Part shown: positions 10,227 to 20,645 of the stretch, in pieces
Layout: each line of letters begins with the position of its first letter
Position numbering within the stretch: the first letter of the stretch is position 1
DNA from: Octopus sinensis
Taxonomy: Eukaryota
Assembly (NCBI RefSeq): GCF_006345805.1
Contig: NW_021836378.1
Coordinates: forward strand, 1-32,013
Direction: 5' to 3'
DNA: 32,013 nt
Program-made: the position numbers and the translations under genes
Notes under the pieces: generated by a model
Seen by the model: only the letters and a program-made list of their open reading frames with translations
What the model was told of the DNA's origin: nothing
Database searches by the model: none

Positions 10227-10833
10227 TTAATCAATATAGGGTAGCAAAAAATTCAGCAGAAATTATTTGCCACCAGCGGTCTAGTGGGAAAAAGGAAATA
10301 GTCAAAGACTATTAATAAATTCAACAGCAAAATTAAGGAACGACCATAATAGGCCGTTCAACCCACTAGAAATAGCAGCTAAGGCTTCAACCGCAAAAAA
10401 AGTATTAATTCCGTAAACAAGGAGAAAATTTAAAAAACATTTACCCTGTTATACTTTATACAATGCATCGTTTCATCTATTTTTTAATGGTAAATCAGCC
10501 TGATTAAATTAAATCAAACTAATCCTCCATAGGCCAACAGATTCATCAGTAAAGTAAGCCAGACAGGAGAGATATTTACACGAGGTAGCACCACTACTGT
10601 CTCGGCAATATCCGACCTAAAATTTTCAAATCATCGTACTCGCGCCAAATTTATCGGCAGCAAATATAAGCTGCCGATTCCATTTCGGAATTAAACAGAA
10701 AATTTATAATTAATCAATATAGGGTAGCAAAAAATTCAGCAGAAATTATTTGCCACCAGCGGTCTAGTGGGAAAAAGGAAATAGTCAAAGACTATTAATA
10801 AATTCAACAGCAAAATTAAGGAACGGCCATAAT
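10227..10833 (-). mobile_element. Partial-tandem (483-bp period) hammerhead-bearing element, retrozyme- or Penelope-pLTR-like
   Basis: 124-bp direct repeats at 10227-10350 and 10710-10833 (one mismatch). Non-coding, flanked by (TA)n, with an internal hammerhead. Confidence 0.7.
10452..10556 (-). ncRNA. Type I hammerhead ribozyme, canonical core
   Basis: Minus strand reads TACTTTA-CTGATGA-ATCTGTT-[54 nt]-AATAGAT-GAAAC-GATGCATT-GTA^-TAAAGTA. Stem I is 7 bp perfect, stem II is 7 bp with one G-U, stem III is 4 bp with a TGCA loop, and the cleavage triplet is GUA. Confidence 0.85.
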
Positions 10834-11120
10834 ATATATATATATATATCATCAGTTGTTCATATATTAGAAAATGAAACACACTCTAAAGTAGTGTTTC
10901 TCAGCCCCCTTTTGCCTATGGACCCCTTTGATTCCTATTTTACTTGGATGGACCTTCCTAGGCATTTGATGTTTAAAAAAATATTAGATATTATTAGGAA
11001 TTATATGAAAAAAATTGTTAAAATATTTTGTGTTTTGTAGAAGTTAAATTTAGATTCAGTAGGGTATTTAATACCACTTGCTAAATTCAGAGCCAACACT
11101 CCAAAACCACCAGAAACTCA

Positions 11121-11755
11121 CACATGAGCAATGCAATGGACATATGAGAAATAGGCTTACCTTTGCATTGAATACATCAGTAAGGCAAGTATATTTCAAT
11201 ACCTATTTCTTTACTACCCACAAGGGGCTAAACACAGAGGGGACAAACAAGGACAGACAAACGGATTAAGTCGATTATATCAACCCCAGTGCGTAACTGG
11301 TACTTATTTAATCGACCCCGAAAGAATGAAAGGCAAAGTCGACCTCGGCGGAATTTGAACTCAGAACGTAACGGCAGACGAAATACCTATTTCCTTATTA
11401 CCCACAAGGGGCTAAACACAGAAGGGACAAACAAGGACAGACAAACGGATTAAGTCGATTATATCGACCCCAGTGCGTAACTGGTACTTATTTAATCGAC
11501 CCCGAAAGGATGAAAGGCAAAGTCGACCTCGGCAGAATTTGAACTCAGAACGTAACGGCAGACGAAATACCGATAAGCATTTCGCCCGGCGTGCTAACGG
11601 TTCTGCCAGCTCTCAGTATATTTCAATACCAATTGATTTCACCCACTGTATGACCAATATACTCTGGGATCTTCAGTGACATCAATTGGTATTGAAATAT
11701 ACTTTACTTACTGATGTAAGCCTATTTCTCATATGTTCATTGCACTGCTCATGTG
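11121..11755. mobile_element. Palindromic MITE (~208 bp without the insert), long TIRs, probable TA TSD
   Basis: Arms CACATGAGCAATGCAATGGACATATGAGAAATAGGCTTAC...ATCAGTAAGGCAAGTATATTTCAATACCAATTGAT match their reverse complement at ~11681-11755. Confidence 0.8.
11204..11612 (-). mobile_element. SINE family B dimer (head+body+tail+body+tail)
   Basis: Single 16-bp TSD AGTATATTTCAATACC at 11188-11203 and 11615-11630. Confidence 0.9.
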
Positions 11756-11770
11756 TATCTTTATTGTGAA

Positions 11771-12146
11771 CTAGCAGTATCGCCTGGCGTTGCTCGGGTT
11801 TGTAAGGGAAATAACTATAAAGCATTTTTAGAGAGTTATAGCCAAAAAATAGCAAAAAAACGGAAAAAAAATGATGGTAAATTTTTTTTGAGAGTTAAAA
11901 AGGTCGAGTTGCGTCCCCTAGACCATCTGTGGTTTGTGTTTCTGATTCTCGACCTCATGCCGAATTTATTGATTTTTTTCAGAACTGGGGGAACTTTTCA
12001 AAATTTTCGCCGCGTTAGTTTTGAATTATGACATTGGGCTATGTGTGTGTCAAGTTTCATCAGAATCGGTTGAAAGCCGTGGTCAGGGTGAGGGTACAAC
12101 CTGACAGACACACACACAGACAAACTGCCGTTTATATAGAGAGAGA
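11771..12146 (-). mobile_element. Helitron-like element family H1
   Basis: Inverted near-copy of 272-644 with TC...CTAG ends at an A|T site. Confidence 0.85.
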
Positions 12147-12214
12147 TTTCTGGTGGTTTTGGGTCATATATATATATGCATGTGCTGGTATAGACATGTC
12201 ATTACATCTGCTAG

Positions 12215-12440
12215 ATCATCCTACCAGCACTTTGCTCTCATTCGATGCTGCAGCTGCCACCTGGAAGAGGCCTCAGGGTAGTCTCCACACCAGATGGCTG
12301 TATATGTTTGAGGAAGATCTCCAGAGGTTACCGAGGGGCTGGAATGGGACCATCAGTGATGGAGAGCACTGGTGGACCTGGTCAGCTCTACACTTGATGA
12401 TGTCTTTAGGACCACTGACCTGGGATCACCACTAACCCTG
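12215..12440 (+). mobile_element. Decayed RTE-like LINE ORF2 C-terminus
   Basis: Peptide LLSFDAAAATWKRPQGSLHTRWLYMFEEDLQRL resembles the RTE motif WKRPxGRPxxRWxDxxxxDL. Confidence 0.5.
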
Positions 12441-12482
12441 ACCCATCATGCAAGAGCATGAAGCAGCAGCAAGCACTTACTT

Positions 12483-12859
12483 GGATGGAAGCACTCCGTC
12501 GGTAACGACGATGAGGGTTCCGGTTGATCCGAATCAACGGAACAGCCTGCTCATGAAATTAACGTGTAAGTGGCTGAGCACTCCACAGACATGTGTACCC
12601 TTAACGTAGTTCTCGGGGATATTCAGCGTGACACAGAGAGTGACAAGGCCGGCCCTTTGAAATACAGGTACAACAGAAACAGGAAGTAAGAGTGAGAGAA
12701 AGTTGTGGTGAAAGAGTACAGCAGGGATCACCACCATCCCCTGCCGGAGCCTCGTGGAGCTTTTAGGTGTTTTCGCTCAATAAACACTCACAATGGAATC
12801 GAAACCCCGATCCTATGACCGCGAGTCTGCTGCCCTAACCACTGGGCCACTGCGCCTCC
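12483..12859 (-). mobile_element. SINE family C, full length
   Basis: 13-bp TSD CAAGCACTTACTT at 12470-12482 and 12861-12873. Confidence 0.9.
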
Positions 12860-12887
12860 ACAAGCACTTACTTAAGGTAACATGCAA

Positions 12888-13075
12888 TAGAATTGAACCT
12901 GAAACAGTGTGGTTGGGAAATAAGCTCCTTAGTCACACAGCCATGTCTCTGCATTGAGAAAAAAAACAAAAAACAAAGGTGATCTTGGTCAGATTTGAAC
13001 CCAGAAAGCAGAGCAGTGTAACAAATATTGTAACATATTTTGTCCGATGCTTTCATGATTCTGCTAATTTACTGT
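12888..13075 (-). mobile_element. Two highly decayed SINE head fragments (A-like, then B-like)
   Basis: Degenerate matches to TGAACC...CACACAGCCATG and GATTTGAACCCAGAA...GATTCTGCTAA. Confidence 0.5.
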
Positions 13076-13076
13076 C

Positions 13077-13109
<33 letters not shown>

Positions 13110-13254
13110 TGAAGGATATAAAGACGGAGAGTGTAAGAGAAAAAGAGAATAATGGGGAGACGAGAGAGAGAGAGAAACTGTTAGACAAAGATAGGAGGAC
13201 AGAGTGTATATGTGAGAGAGAGAATGTGAAAAAGAAAACGGGTGTACATGGCAT

Positions 13255-13318
13255 ATAATATATATATATATATATGTATGTATGTATGTATGTATATAGA
13301 TCTATGTGTATGTATATT

Positions 13319-13381
<63 letters not shown>

Positions 13382-13389
13382 TATATATA

Positions 13390-13420
<31 letters not shown>

Positions 13421-13500
13421 ATATATATAATATATATATATGTATGTATGTATGTATGTATGGTTATATATATATCTAAATATATATTATATATATATAA

Positions 13501-13541
<41 letters not shown>

Positions 13542-13749
13542 TATATGTATGTATGTATATAGATCTATGTGTATGTATATTATGTATAATTAATTATATA
13601 TTATATATATATTATATATGTGTATGTAGTATGTATTATAGATATATGTATGTATGTATATAGATCTATGTATGTATATTTTGTATAATATATATTATAT
13701 ATATATATATGTATATATATGTATGTATGTATGTATGTTATCTTATATA

Positions 13750-13810
<61 letters not shown>
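13255..13810. repeat. (TA)n/(TATG)n compound microsatellite
   Basis: Directly visible. Confidence 0.95.
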
Positions 13811-13815
<5 letters not shown>

Positions 13816-13906
13816 GAATGAATATGTCGGTGCCCAAGCATGGCCACAGCTCGTGAGCTGATAACTAATAAATTATAAAAATATTAAATATGAATATATA
13901 TATTAA

Positions 13907-13945
<39 letters not shown>

Positions 13946-14137
13946 AGGCAGGGAGAGTGATTGAGAGATGGTGTGAAAAAGCATAATAAACTGCGTGTAT
14001 GCGTGTTGCATGTGCAGGTAATGATGGACATGTGTATATGCATGTATGCATACCTGACCTGTAAAGATGTGTATGTTTGTGTGTCTGGTCTGCATAAGTG
14101 TGTGTTTGAAAGCTTGTCAGTGCACAAGTGTGCCTAT

Positions 14138-14608
14138 CTATATATATATATATATGTATATATATGTATGTATATATGTATATATATGTATGTATATATG
14201 TATATATATATGTATGTATATATGTATATATATGTATGTATATATGTATATATATGTATGTATATATGTATATATATGTATGTATATATGTATATATATG
14301 TATGTATATATGTATATATATATATGTATATATGTATATATGTATGTATATATGTATATATATGTATGTATATATGTATATATATATATGTATATTGTAT
14401 AATATATGTATGTATATGTATATATATGTATGTATATATGTATATATATGTATGTATATATGTATATATATGTATGTATATTTATATATATAATGTATAT
14501 ATGTATATATATGTATGTATATATGTATATATATGTATGTATATATGTATATATATATAGTATATATGTATATATATATGTATATATTTATATATATATA
14601 TATATATA
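14138..14608. repeat. TA/TG microsatellite organised as a ~22-bp higher-order unit TATATATGTATGTATATATGTA
   Basis: The unit recurs with +/-2-bp variants across most of the array. Confidence 0.85.
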
Positions 14609-14760
14609 ACGGGAAGCTTTATGAAAATAAACAAAAGACGAAGGCAGGTGGAAAACAAACGAACAATTGTATTAGTATGGCGCTCAGGAAATATAAATAA
14701 AACAAGTCTTTAACGTTTCGAGCCTACGCTCTTCAACAGAAAGATACACAGAGAGAGAAC
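14609..14760 (-). mobile_element. Penelope-like terminal fragment (family E)
   Basis: Inverted homologue of ~25040-25192; carries a hammerhead-like motif and abuts (TA)n. Confidence 0.7.
14707..14744 (-). ncRNA. Minimal type I hammerhead-like motif (variant core CUGUUGA)
   Basis: Minus strand reads TCTTT-CTGTTGA-A-GAGC-GTAG-GCTC-GAAAC-GTT^-AAAGA. Confidence 0.6.
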
Positions 14761-14769
14761 AACACACAT

Positions 14770-15771
14770 ATATATATATATATAATATATCTATAAATAA
14801 ATACCATACATATACATATATATATATTTATATGTGTATATATTATTTATATGTGTATATATATATATTCCTTGTATTTTTGTCTTGTACTGTGTTTTTT
14901 CGTTGTATAAAAAATCCATTTCTTGTTTGTTTATGTTTCGTTCTCGTTTGTGTTCTACGTTTATTTTGGTGTCCTGTACTCATATAATTATATATAATAT
15001 GCATTTATATACATATAGATGTAGGATGTACATATATGTATGTATGTATATGTTTTTATTTATTAAATTATATATATATATATTATGTGTGTGTTTGCAT
15101 ATGTGAGTGTATGTGCTTGCATGTGTGAAAGTGTGTGTGAGTGAGTATGCGAGTGTGTACACTTATTTGTGTGTATATATCACTGTCAATGAGTGTGAAT
15201 ATATATATATTGGTGTGTGGCTATGTGTGTGTGTATCTGTGTTTATGCGTGTTCTTGAATGCAAAGGTGGAGGGGAGAGGGAGGAGCAGACAAAATAGAA
15301 GAGAAAGTCAGAGGAGTCCGTAATGGAATGTGATGGAGGGGATGCTGGGGAGAGAATGAAGAGAAACAACCACTGCGTTTATCAGATGTGTGTCTAAAGA
15401 GAAGAGGATTTCAAGAAGGTTGGTGCTGTAGTGGTGGACGTCGTGGTGGAGGTGGTGGTAGTGGACATTCATTGCCAAGTACATGCATAGTTACATATGT
15501 AGGGGACATAGCTACAAATATATTTCATTTCAGACATACATACATATTTATATACACATGTTGTGTGTGTGTATGAGTATTTATACTTGAGTCTATATAT
15601 GTAGGTTTTTTTTTTTTATGTACATATATAAATATTCATATTCAGGCCAGAAATATATATGTGTGTGTGTGGTGTGGGATGTATTTGTTAAAGTGTGTGT
15701 ATATTTATACATATATATGTATATATATATATATATATATATCATATATATATATAGATATATATATTATA

Positions 15772-15803
<32 letters not shown>

Positions 15804-16215
15804 ATATATGTATTCAGGCATGAATATAAATATCTATATATGCATATACAAGCATACTTAATGAAATGCACGCTCTCATTCAAATAAATGATTGTGTGTA
15901 TATATGTATGTGTGTATATATATATATATGCATATATATGTATACACACACACATATATATATCTTTATATGCATATATCTTTGTATATATATATATACA
16001 TATATATATGTATGTATGTATGTATATGTATTATCTTTATATACATATATAAGTATATATACGATTATATACCCACAAAACCTCCATACATACATACACA
16101 CTTTCATACTGACATATGGCCAGACAGACATATTCACATACACACACACACACACAGAGACACACGCACACACTCACACAGATAAACAGGTATGCAGACA
16201 TACACACACACACAT
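14770..16215. repeat. Low-complexity TA/TG/CA-rich region
   Basis: Interspersed dinucleotide runs; all ORFs here are repeat translations. Confidence 0.85.
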
Positions 16216-16478
16216 ACAAAATTCAGATATACAGTATCCTACAAGGACAATCCAAAATGAGATATGCCATAAAACAAAATGGCAGAATCGATACTATAAT
16301 GACATATCAAACAATAAATCGACTTGACTTGATATCAACTGAAGTGTATTGTTGTATATCAAGACAATATATTTAATTATACACACCTCACTTAACCAGT
16401 ATTCATAGAAATGTGAGGCAGAATCTCTGCGAATGTCACACTCCTATCTCCATTGTCTTTATTTTCAAAACACTTCTA

Positions 16479-16573
16479 TTATCTGAGCTTATTGAAATCA
16501 TCTCCCCTTGTTTTAGGTTTTGTGTTTTCCCAAGAGAGGAAATTTGCCATGTAATTGTAATCTAGGTAATCAC
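16479..16573 (-). CDS. Candidate terminal exon (GDYLDYNYMANFLSWENTKPKTRGDDFNKLR*)
   Basis: Acceptor CTTCAATTCGCAG, only one open frame, tandem stops TAA TAG, and AATAAA at 16458-16463. No homology recognised. Confidence 0.3.
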
Positions 16574-16644
16574 CTGCGAATTGAAGTTTTTCAACCCCTT
16601 CTATTGTGCATGTGAAATTGATTGTGCAGCGGTTTGTATTTAGT

Positions 16645-16783
16645 GTGCAGGCATGACTGCGCGTTTAAGAATATTGCCCCCGTCATCATGTAGCTTCAGG
16701 TTCAATCCCACTAAACTGCAGCTTAGGCAGGGGTCTTCTGCTATAACAGTAGATCTTGTAGCTGGAAATTGAAAGAAGTCTGT

Positions 16784-16816
<33 letters not shown>

Positions 16817-17197
16817 ATGCATGTGTGTGTGTATGTGTGTGTGCATGTGTGTGTATGTGTGTGTGTGTGTGCATGCATGTGTGTGTGTATGTGTGTGTGT
16901 GCATGTGTGTGTATATGTGTGTGTGTGTATGCATGTGTGTGTGTATGTGTGTGTGTGCATGTATGTGTATTTGTGTGTGTGTGTGTGTGTGTGCATGCAT
17001 GTGTGTGTGTATGTGTGTGTGTGTGTGTGCACGTGTGTGTGTATGTGTGTGTGTATGTGTGTGTGCGTGTGTGTGTGTGTGTGTGTGTGCGTGTGTGTGT
17101 GTGTGTGTATGTATATAGGTGCAGGTGTGGCTGTGTGGTAAGAAGTTTGCTTCTCAAACACATGGTTCCAGGTTCAGTCCCATTGCATGGCACTTCA
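16645..17197 (+). mobile_element. Two old SINE A 5' fragments (16645-16785 and 17118-17197) separated by a (TG)n array
   Basis: Degenerate family A heads with GGTTCAATCCC/GGTTCAGTCCC B boxes. Confidence 0.7.
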
Positions 17198-17521
17198 GCA
17201 CCATTTCTCTCCTGCTCTCTCTCTTGTGCTTTTGCTGTCACCCATTCTCTCTCTCTCTCTCCTTCTCTTGCTCTTCTCCCTGGCAAGGTAGCCTATTTCT
17301 GTCCTCTTCCTTCTTACCTCTCTCTCCCTCTCTCTCTCTTCCTATCGCTCTTCCTATCACTCTCTCTATCTCTCTTCCTCTCTCTCTTTTACTCTGGCCA
17401 GGTAATCACGTACCTCCTCTATAGCAAAACACCTGTTTCTGCTTCTCTGTCTCTCTGTCACACTAACCTTTCATCATCTGACACGAGATCACCTCCTCCA
17501 ATGCCCCCACCCTCTCTCTAA

Positions 17522-17729
17522 GGATCTTTGCTTTGCAAGTTACTTGGCAACCCTTCTGGTGCTGGTGCCATGTAAAAAGCATCCAGTCCACACTGTGAAG
17601 TGATTGGCATTTGGAAGGGCATCCAGTTGTAAAAACCATGCCAAACAGACACAGTAGCCTGGGGTAGTCTTCTACCTGGTTAGTTCCCATAAAACTACCC
17701 AACTCATGCTAGCATGGAAGACAGACGTT
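17522..17729 (+). mobile_element. Family-D-related RTE-type 3' end
   Basis: GGAAGGGCATCCAGTTGTAAAAACC...CATGCTAGCATGGAAGACAGACGTT. Confidence 0.75.
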
Positions 17730-17905
17730 TCTGAGTTCAACATTTTTGAGTTCAACATTTTTGAGTTCAACATTTTTGAGTTCACATTTTTGAGTTCAAC
17801 ATTTTTGAGTTCAACATTTTTGAGTTCAACATTTTTGAGTTCAACATTTTTGAGTTCAACATTTTTGAGCTCAACATTTTTGAATTCAAATTTTTGAGTT
17901 CAAAA
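17728..17905. repeat. 15-bp minisatellite GAGTTCAACATTTTT, ~12 copies
   Basis: GAGTTCA-type cores at 17733, 17748, 17763, 17778, 17792, 17807, 17822, 17837, 17852, 17867, 17882 and 17896. Confidence 0.95.
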
Positions 17906-18062
17906 AATTTTGCAACAGAACAGAACAGTTAGCAACAAAAGCACAACAGCAAAGGGAAAAAAGGGCAGCTGAATCAGAGAAAAACTAGAGCAAAATGACT
18001 AAAACGAATGTCTGGATATGCACAAAGGCATAGGGAATGTGATGTTGATTCTGCTTTGTATA

Positions 18063-18644
18063 TATTTCTTTACTATCCAACAAGGGGCTAAACATAGAGG
18101 GGACAAACAAGGACAGACAAAGGGATTAAGTCGATTACATTGATCCCCAGTGCGAAACTGGTACTTTATTTATCGACCCCGAAAGGAGGAAAGGCAAAGT
18201 TGACCTCGGCGGAATTTGAACTCAGAATGTAGCAGCAGACGAAATACCTATTTCTTTACTGCCCACAAGGGGCTAAACACAGAGGGGACAAACAAGGACA
18301 GACATAGGGATTAAATCGATTACATCGACGCCCAGTGCGAAACTGGTACTTTATTTATCGACCCCGAAAGGAGGAAAGGCAAAGTTGACCTCGGCGGAAT
18401 TTGAACTCACAACGTAACGACAGGCGAAATACCTATTTCTTTATTACCCACAAGGGGCTAAACATAGAGGGGACAAACAAGGACAGACAAAAGGATTAAG
18501 TCGATTACATCGACCCCCAGTGCGTAACTGGTACTTAATTTATCAACCTTGAAAGGATAAAAGGCAAAGTCGACCTCGGCAGAATTTGAACTCAGAACGT
18601 AACGACAGACAAAATACCTATTTCTTTATTACCCACAAGGGGCT
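18063..18644 (-). mobile_element. SINE family B multimer (three headless units plus a partial tail)
   Basis: ~183-bp period with the same internal junction as the other B dimers. Confidence 0.9.
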
Positions 18645-19034
18645 GTATCTGAAGAAGAGAATAAACCTTCTCCAAACTAAGACCAGCTTCCATATTCTCT
18701 GAATATTCAGGCGCCAGTTGATAGTCATCAATTTTTTTCTCCGATGGGAACTTGGAATTTGTCAAGTTTGAGATTCATTGATATAACTATCTGAATTTGT
18801 CTTTTAAAATAAGTACTTCTACTACTACATAGCTACATGAGAGGGCTTCGGTGTGAATTTTTAACTGGTTCTATGTAGAAACTGGAATTTTTCTCAATAA
18901 AATCACTCACTAAATTATGGATCGCATGAGGTAATTACTGAGAGGCTAATTACTGACAGGGTACTGAGAGCATTCTGTTACAAGCCCTCTGTTGCGAAAC
19001 TAAGGAGAGAGAGAGAGAGAGAGTATTTCTTTAT

Positions 19035-19748
19035 TCACCATAAGTTTGAGAAAAAAAGGGGACAAAACAAACGTTGGGGGTCAGGGTATCGAATGAGACG
19101 AAACGTATGAATAAACAAACAATTAAAATATATACAACTAGCAGTATCGCCCGGCGTTGCTCGGGTTTGTAAGGGAAATAACTATATAAGCATTTTTAGA
19201 GATGTAAAGTATAGTAGCCATCTCAATATGGCTAACCACAAAGGGGGGTGGGGTGTTACTGTAGCTTTTTACGTTCTGAGATTTAATAATAAATTTTTAG
19301 AGAGTTACTTCCCTTATATATGCCAAAAATGCATTAAAAATGGGAAAAATTGTTGGTAAATTATTTTTTAAATCGTAGACTCATCGTAGACATGCGCTAA
19401 TACCCAGAAGGGCTCGATATGAATCACAACTATCAGATACCCGGTTTTGGTTAAACTGCACCGCAAAATGTGGGAGTAGTTAGGAATCTAAATCGTAGGA
19501 GACAGACACACAACCACACTTTTATATATAAAGATTAAATGAGAATGAGTGAATAACAAAAAATGAAGCGGAGGACGCGGTCGACCCCAGAAGCCACAAA
19601 CTTTGCTTTCTCCTTTTTTACATTCTCGATTAAACAGGTTTCTTTCACTCGCAACATACTTGCTATAGACTTCCATCTTTTACGAAACACTCTTTGCGAC
19701 AGGCATTTCTTCTCCAGCCTTATGGAGAGGCTGTATGTGGTCATTTGA
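19035..19748 (-). pseudogene. Possible disrupted terminal exon of a Cys-loop (pentameric ligand-gated) ion channel subunit, M3-M4 loop plus M4
   Basis: The open frame gives ...KEKAKFVASGVDRVLRFIF. Removing one T from the T6 run and the Helitron continues it as VIHSFSFNCIYF, fitting the DxxxRxxFxxxxxxFNxxY M4 pattern. Candidate acceptor at 19749-19750. Confidence 0.35.
19138..19534 (-). mobile_element. Helitron-like element sharing the H1 3' end but with a different 5' body
   Basis: A|TC...CTAG|T ends; the 3' ~60 bp is nearly identical to H1. Confidence 0.85.
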
Positions 19749-19986
19749 CTGATTGGAAATAGCTGAATCTTACTGCCACAACCACAATGGGTGTTACTGC
19801 CACTGCAACAACAACAAAAACAACACCCACCACAACCACCACCACCATCACTACCAGGGACAACGTTGCCACCAAACCCCCACCACAAACATCACCACTG
19901 CGACCGCTATCAGGACAACCCTTGCCTCCCCTCCTCGCCTCAAGCATCACCCGTCCCAACTCCCCCACCTTCACAGTCAGCACTTT

Positions 19987-20645
19987 GGATGGAAGCACTC
20001 CATCAGTTACGACGACGAGGGTTCCGGTTGATTCGAATCAACGGAACAGCCTGCTCGTGAAATTAACGTGTAAGTGGCTGAGCATTCCACAGACGCGTGT
20101 ATCCTTAACGTAGTTCTCGGGGATATTCAGCGTGACACAGTGAGAGACAAGGCTGGCCCTTTGAAATACAGGTACAACAGAAACAGGAAGTAAGAGTGAG
20201 AGAAAGTTGTGGCGAATGAGTACAGCAGGGATCACCGCCATCCCCTGCTGGAGCCTCGGATGGAGGCACTCAGTCGGTTACGACGACGAGGGTTCTGGTT
20301 GATCCGAATCAACGGAACAGCCTGCTCGTGAAATTAACGTGTAAGTGGCTGAGCACTCCACAGACACGTGTACCCTTAACATGTTCTAGTTCTCGGGATA
20401 TTCAGCGTGACACAGAGAGTGACAAGGCCGGCCCTTTGAAATACAGGTACAACAGAAACAGGAAGTAAGAGTGAGAGAAAGTTGTGGTGAAAGAGTACAG
20501 GGATCACCACCATCCCCTGCCGGAGCCTCGTGGAGCTTTTAGGTGTTTTCGCTCAATAAACACTCACAACGCCCGGTCTGGGGATCGAAACCGCGATCCT
20601 ATGACCGCGAGTCCGCTGCCTTAACCACTGAGCCATTGCGCTTCC
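19987..20645 (-). mobile_element. SINE family C dimer
   Basis: A full copy (20258-20645) is followed directly by a headless copy. Single 12-bp TSD AGTCAGCACTTT at 19975-19986 and 20648-20659. Confidence 0.9.

Noticed and set aside
11155-11172. Strong minus-strand donor AG|GTAAGC
   Set aside because: It is part of the MITE inverted arm, mirrored at 11716-11721.
11625-11680. Minus-strand CTGAAGA...GAAA...GTA motif inside the MITE
   Set aside because: U-U mismatch at the base of stem II and no proper stem I; probably chance within a palindromic element.
18649-18685. CTGAAGA-A-GAGAA/TTCTC-CAAAC degenerate hammerhead
   Set aside because: G12 is replaced, there is no NUH site and no stem I; at most a dead relic.
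18645-18790. Minus-strand protein-like frame ...KIDDYQLAPEYSENMEAGLSLEKVYSLLQ
   Set aside because: It needs a frameshift to join the only acceptor, has no donor, and shows no recognisable homology.
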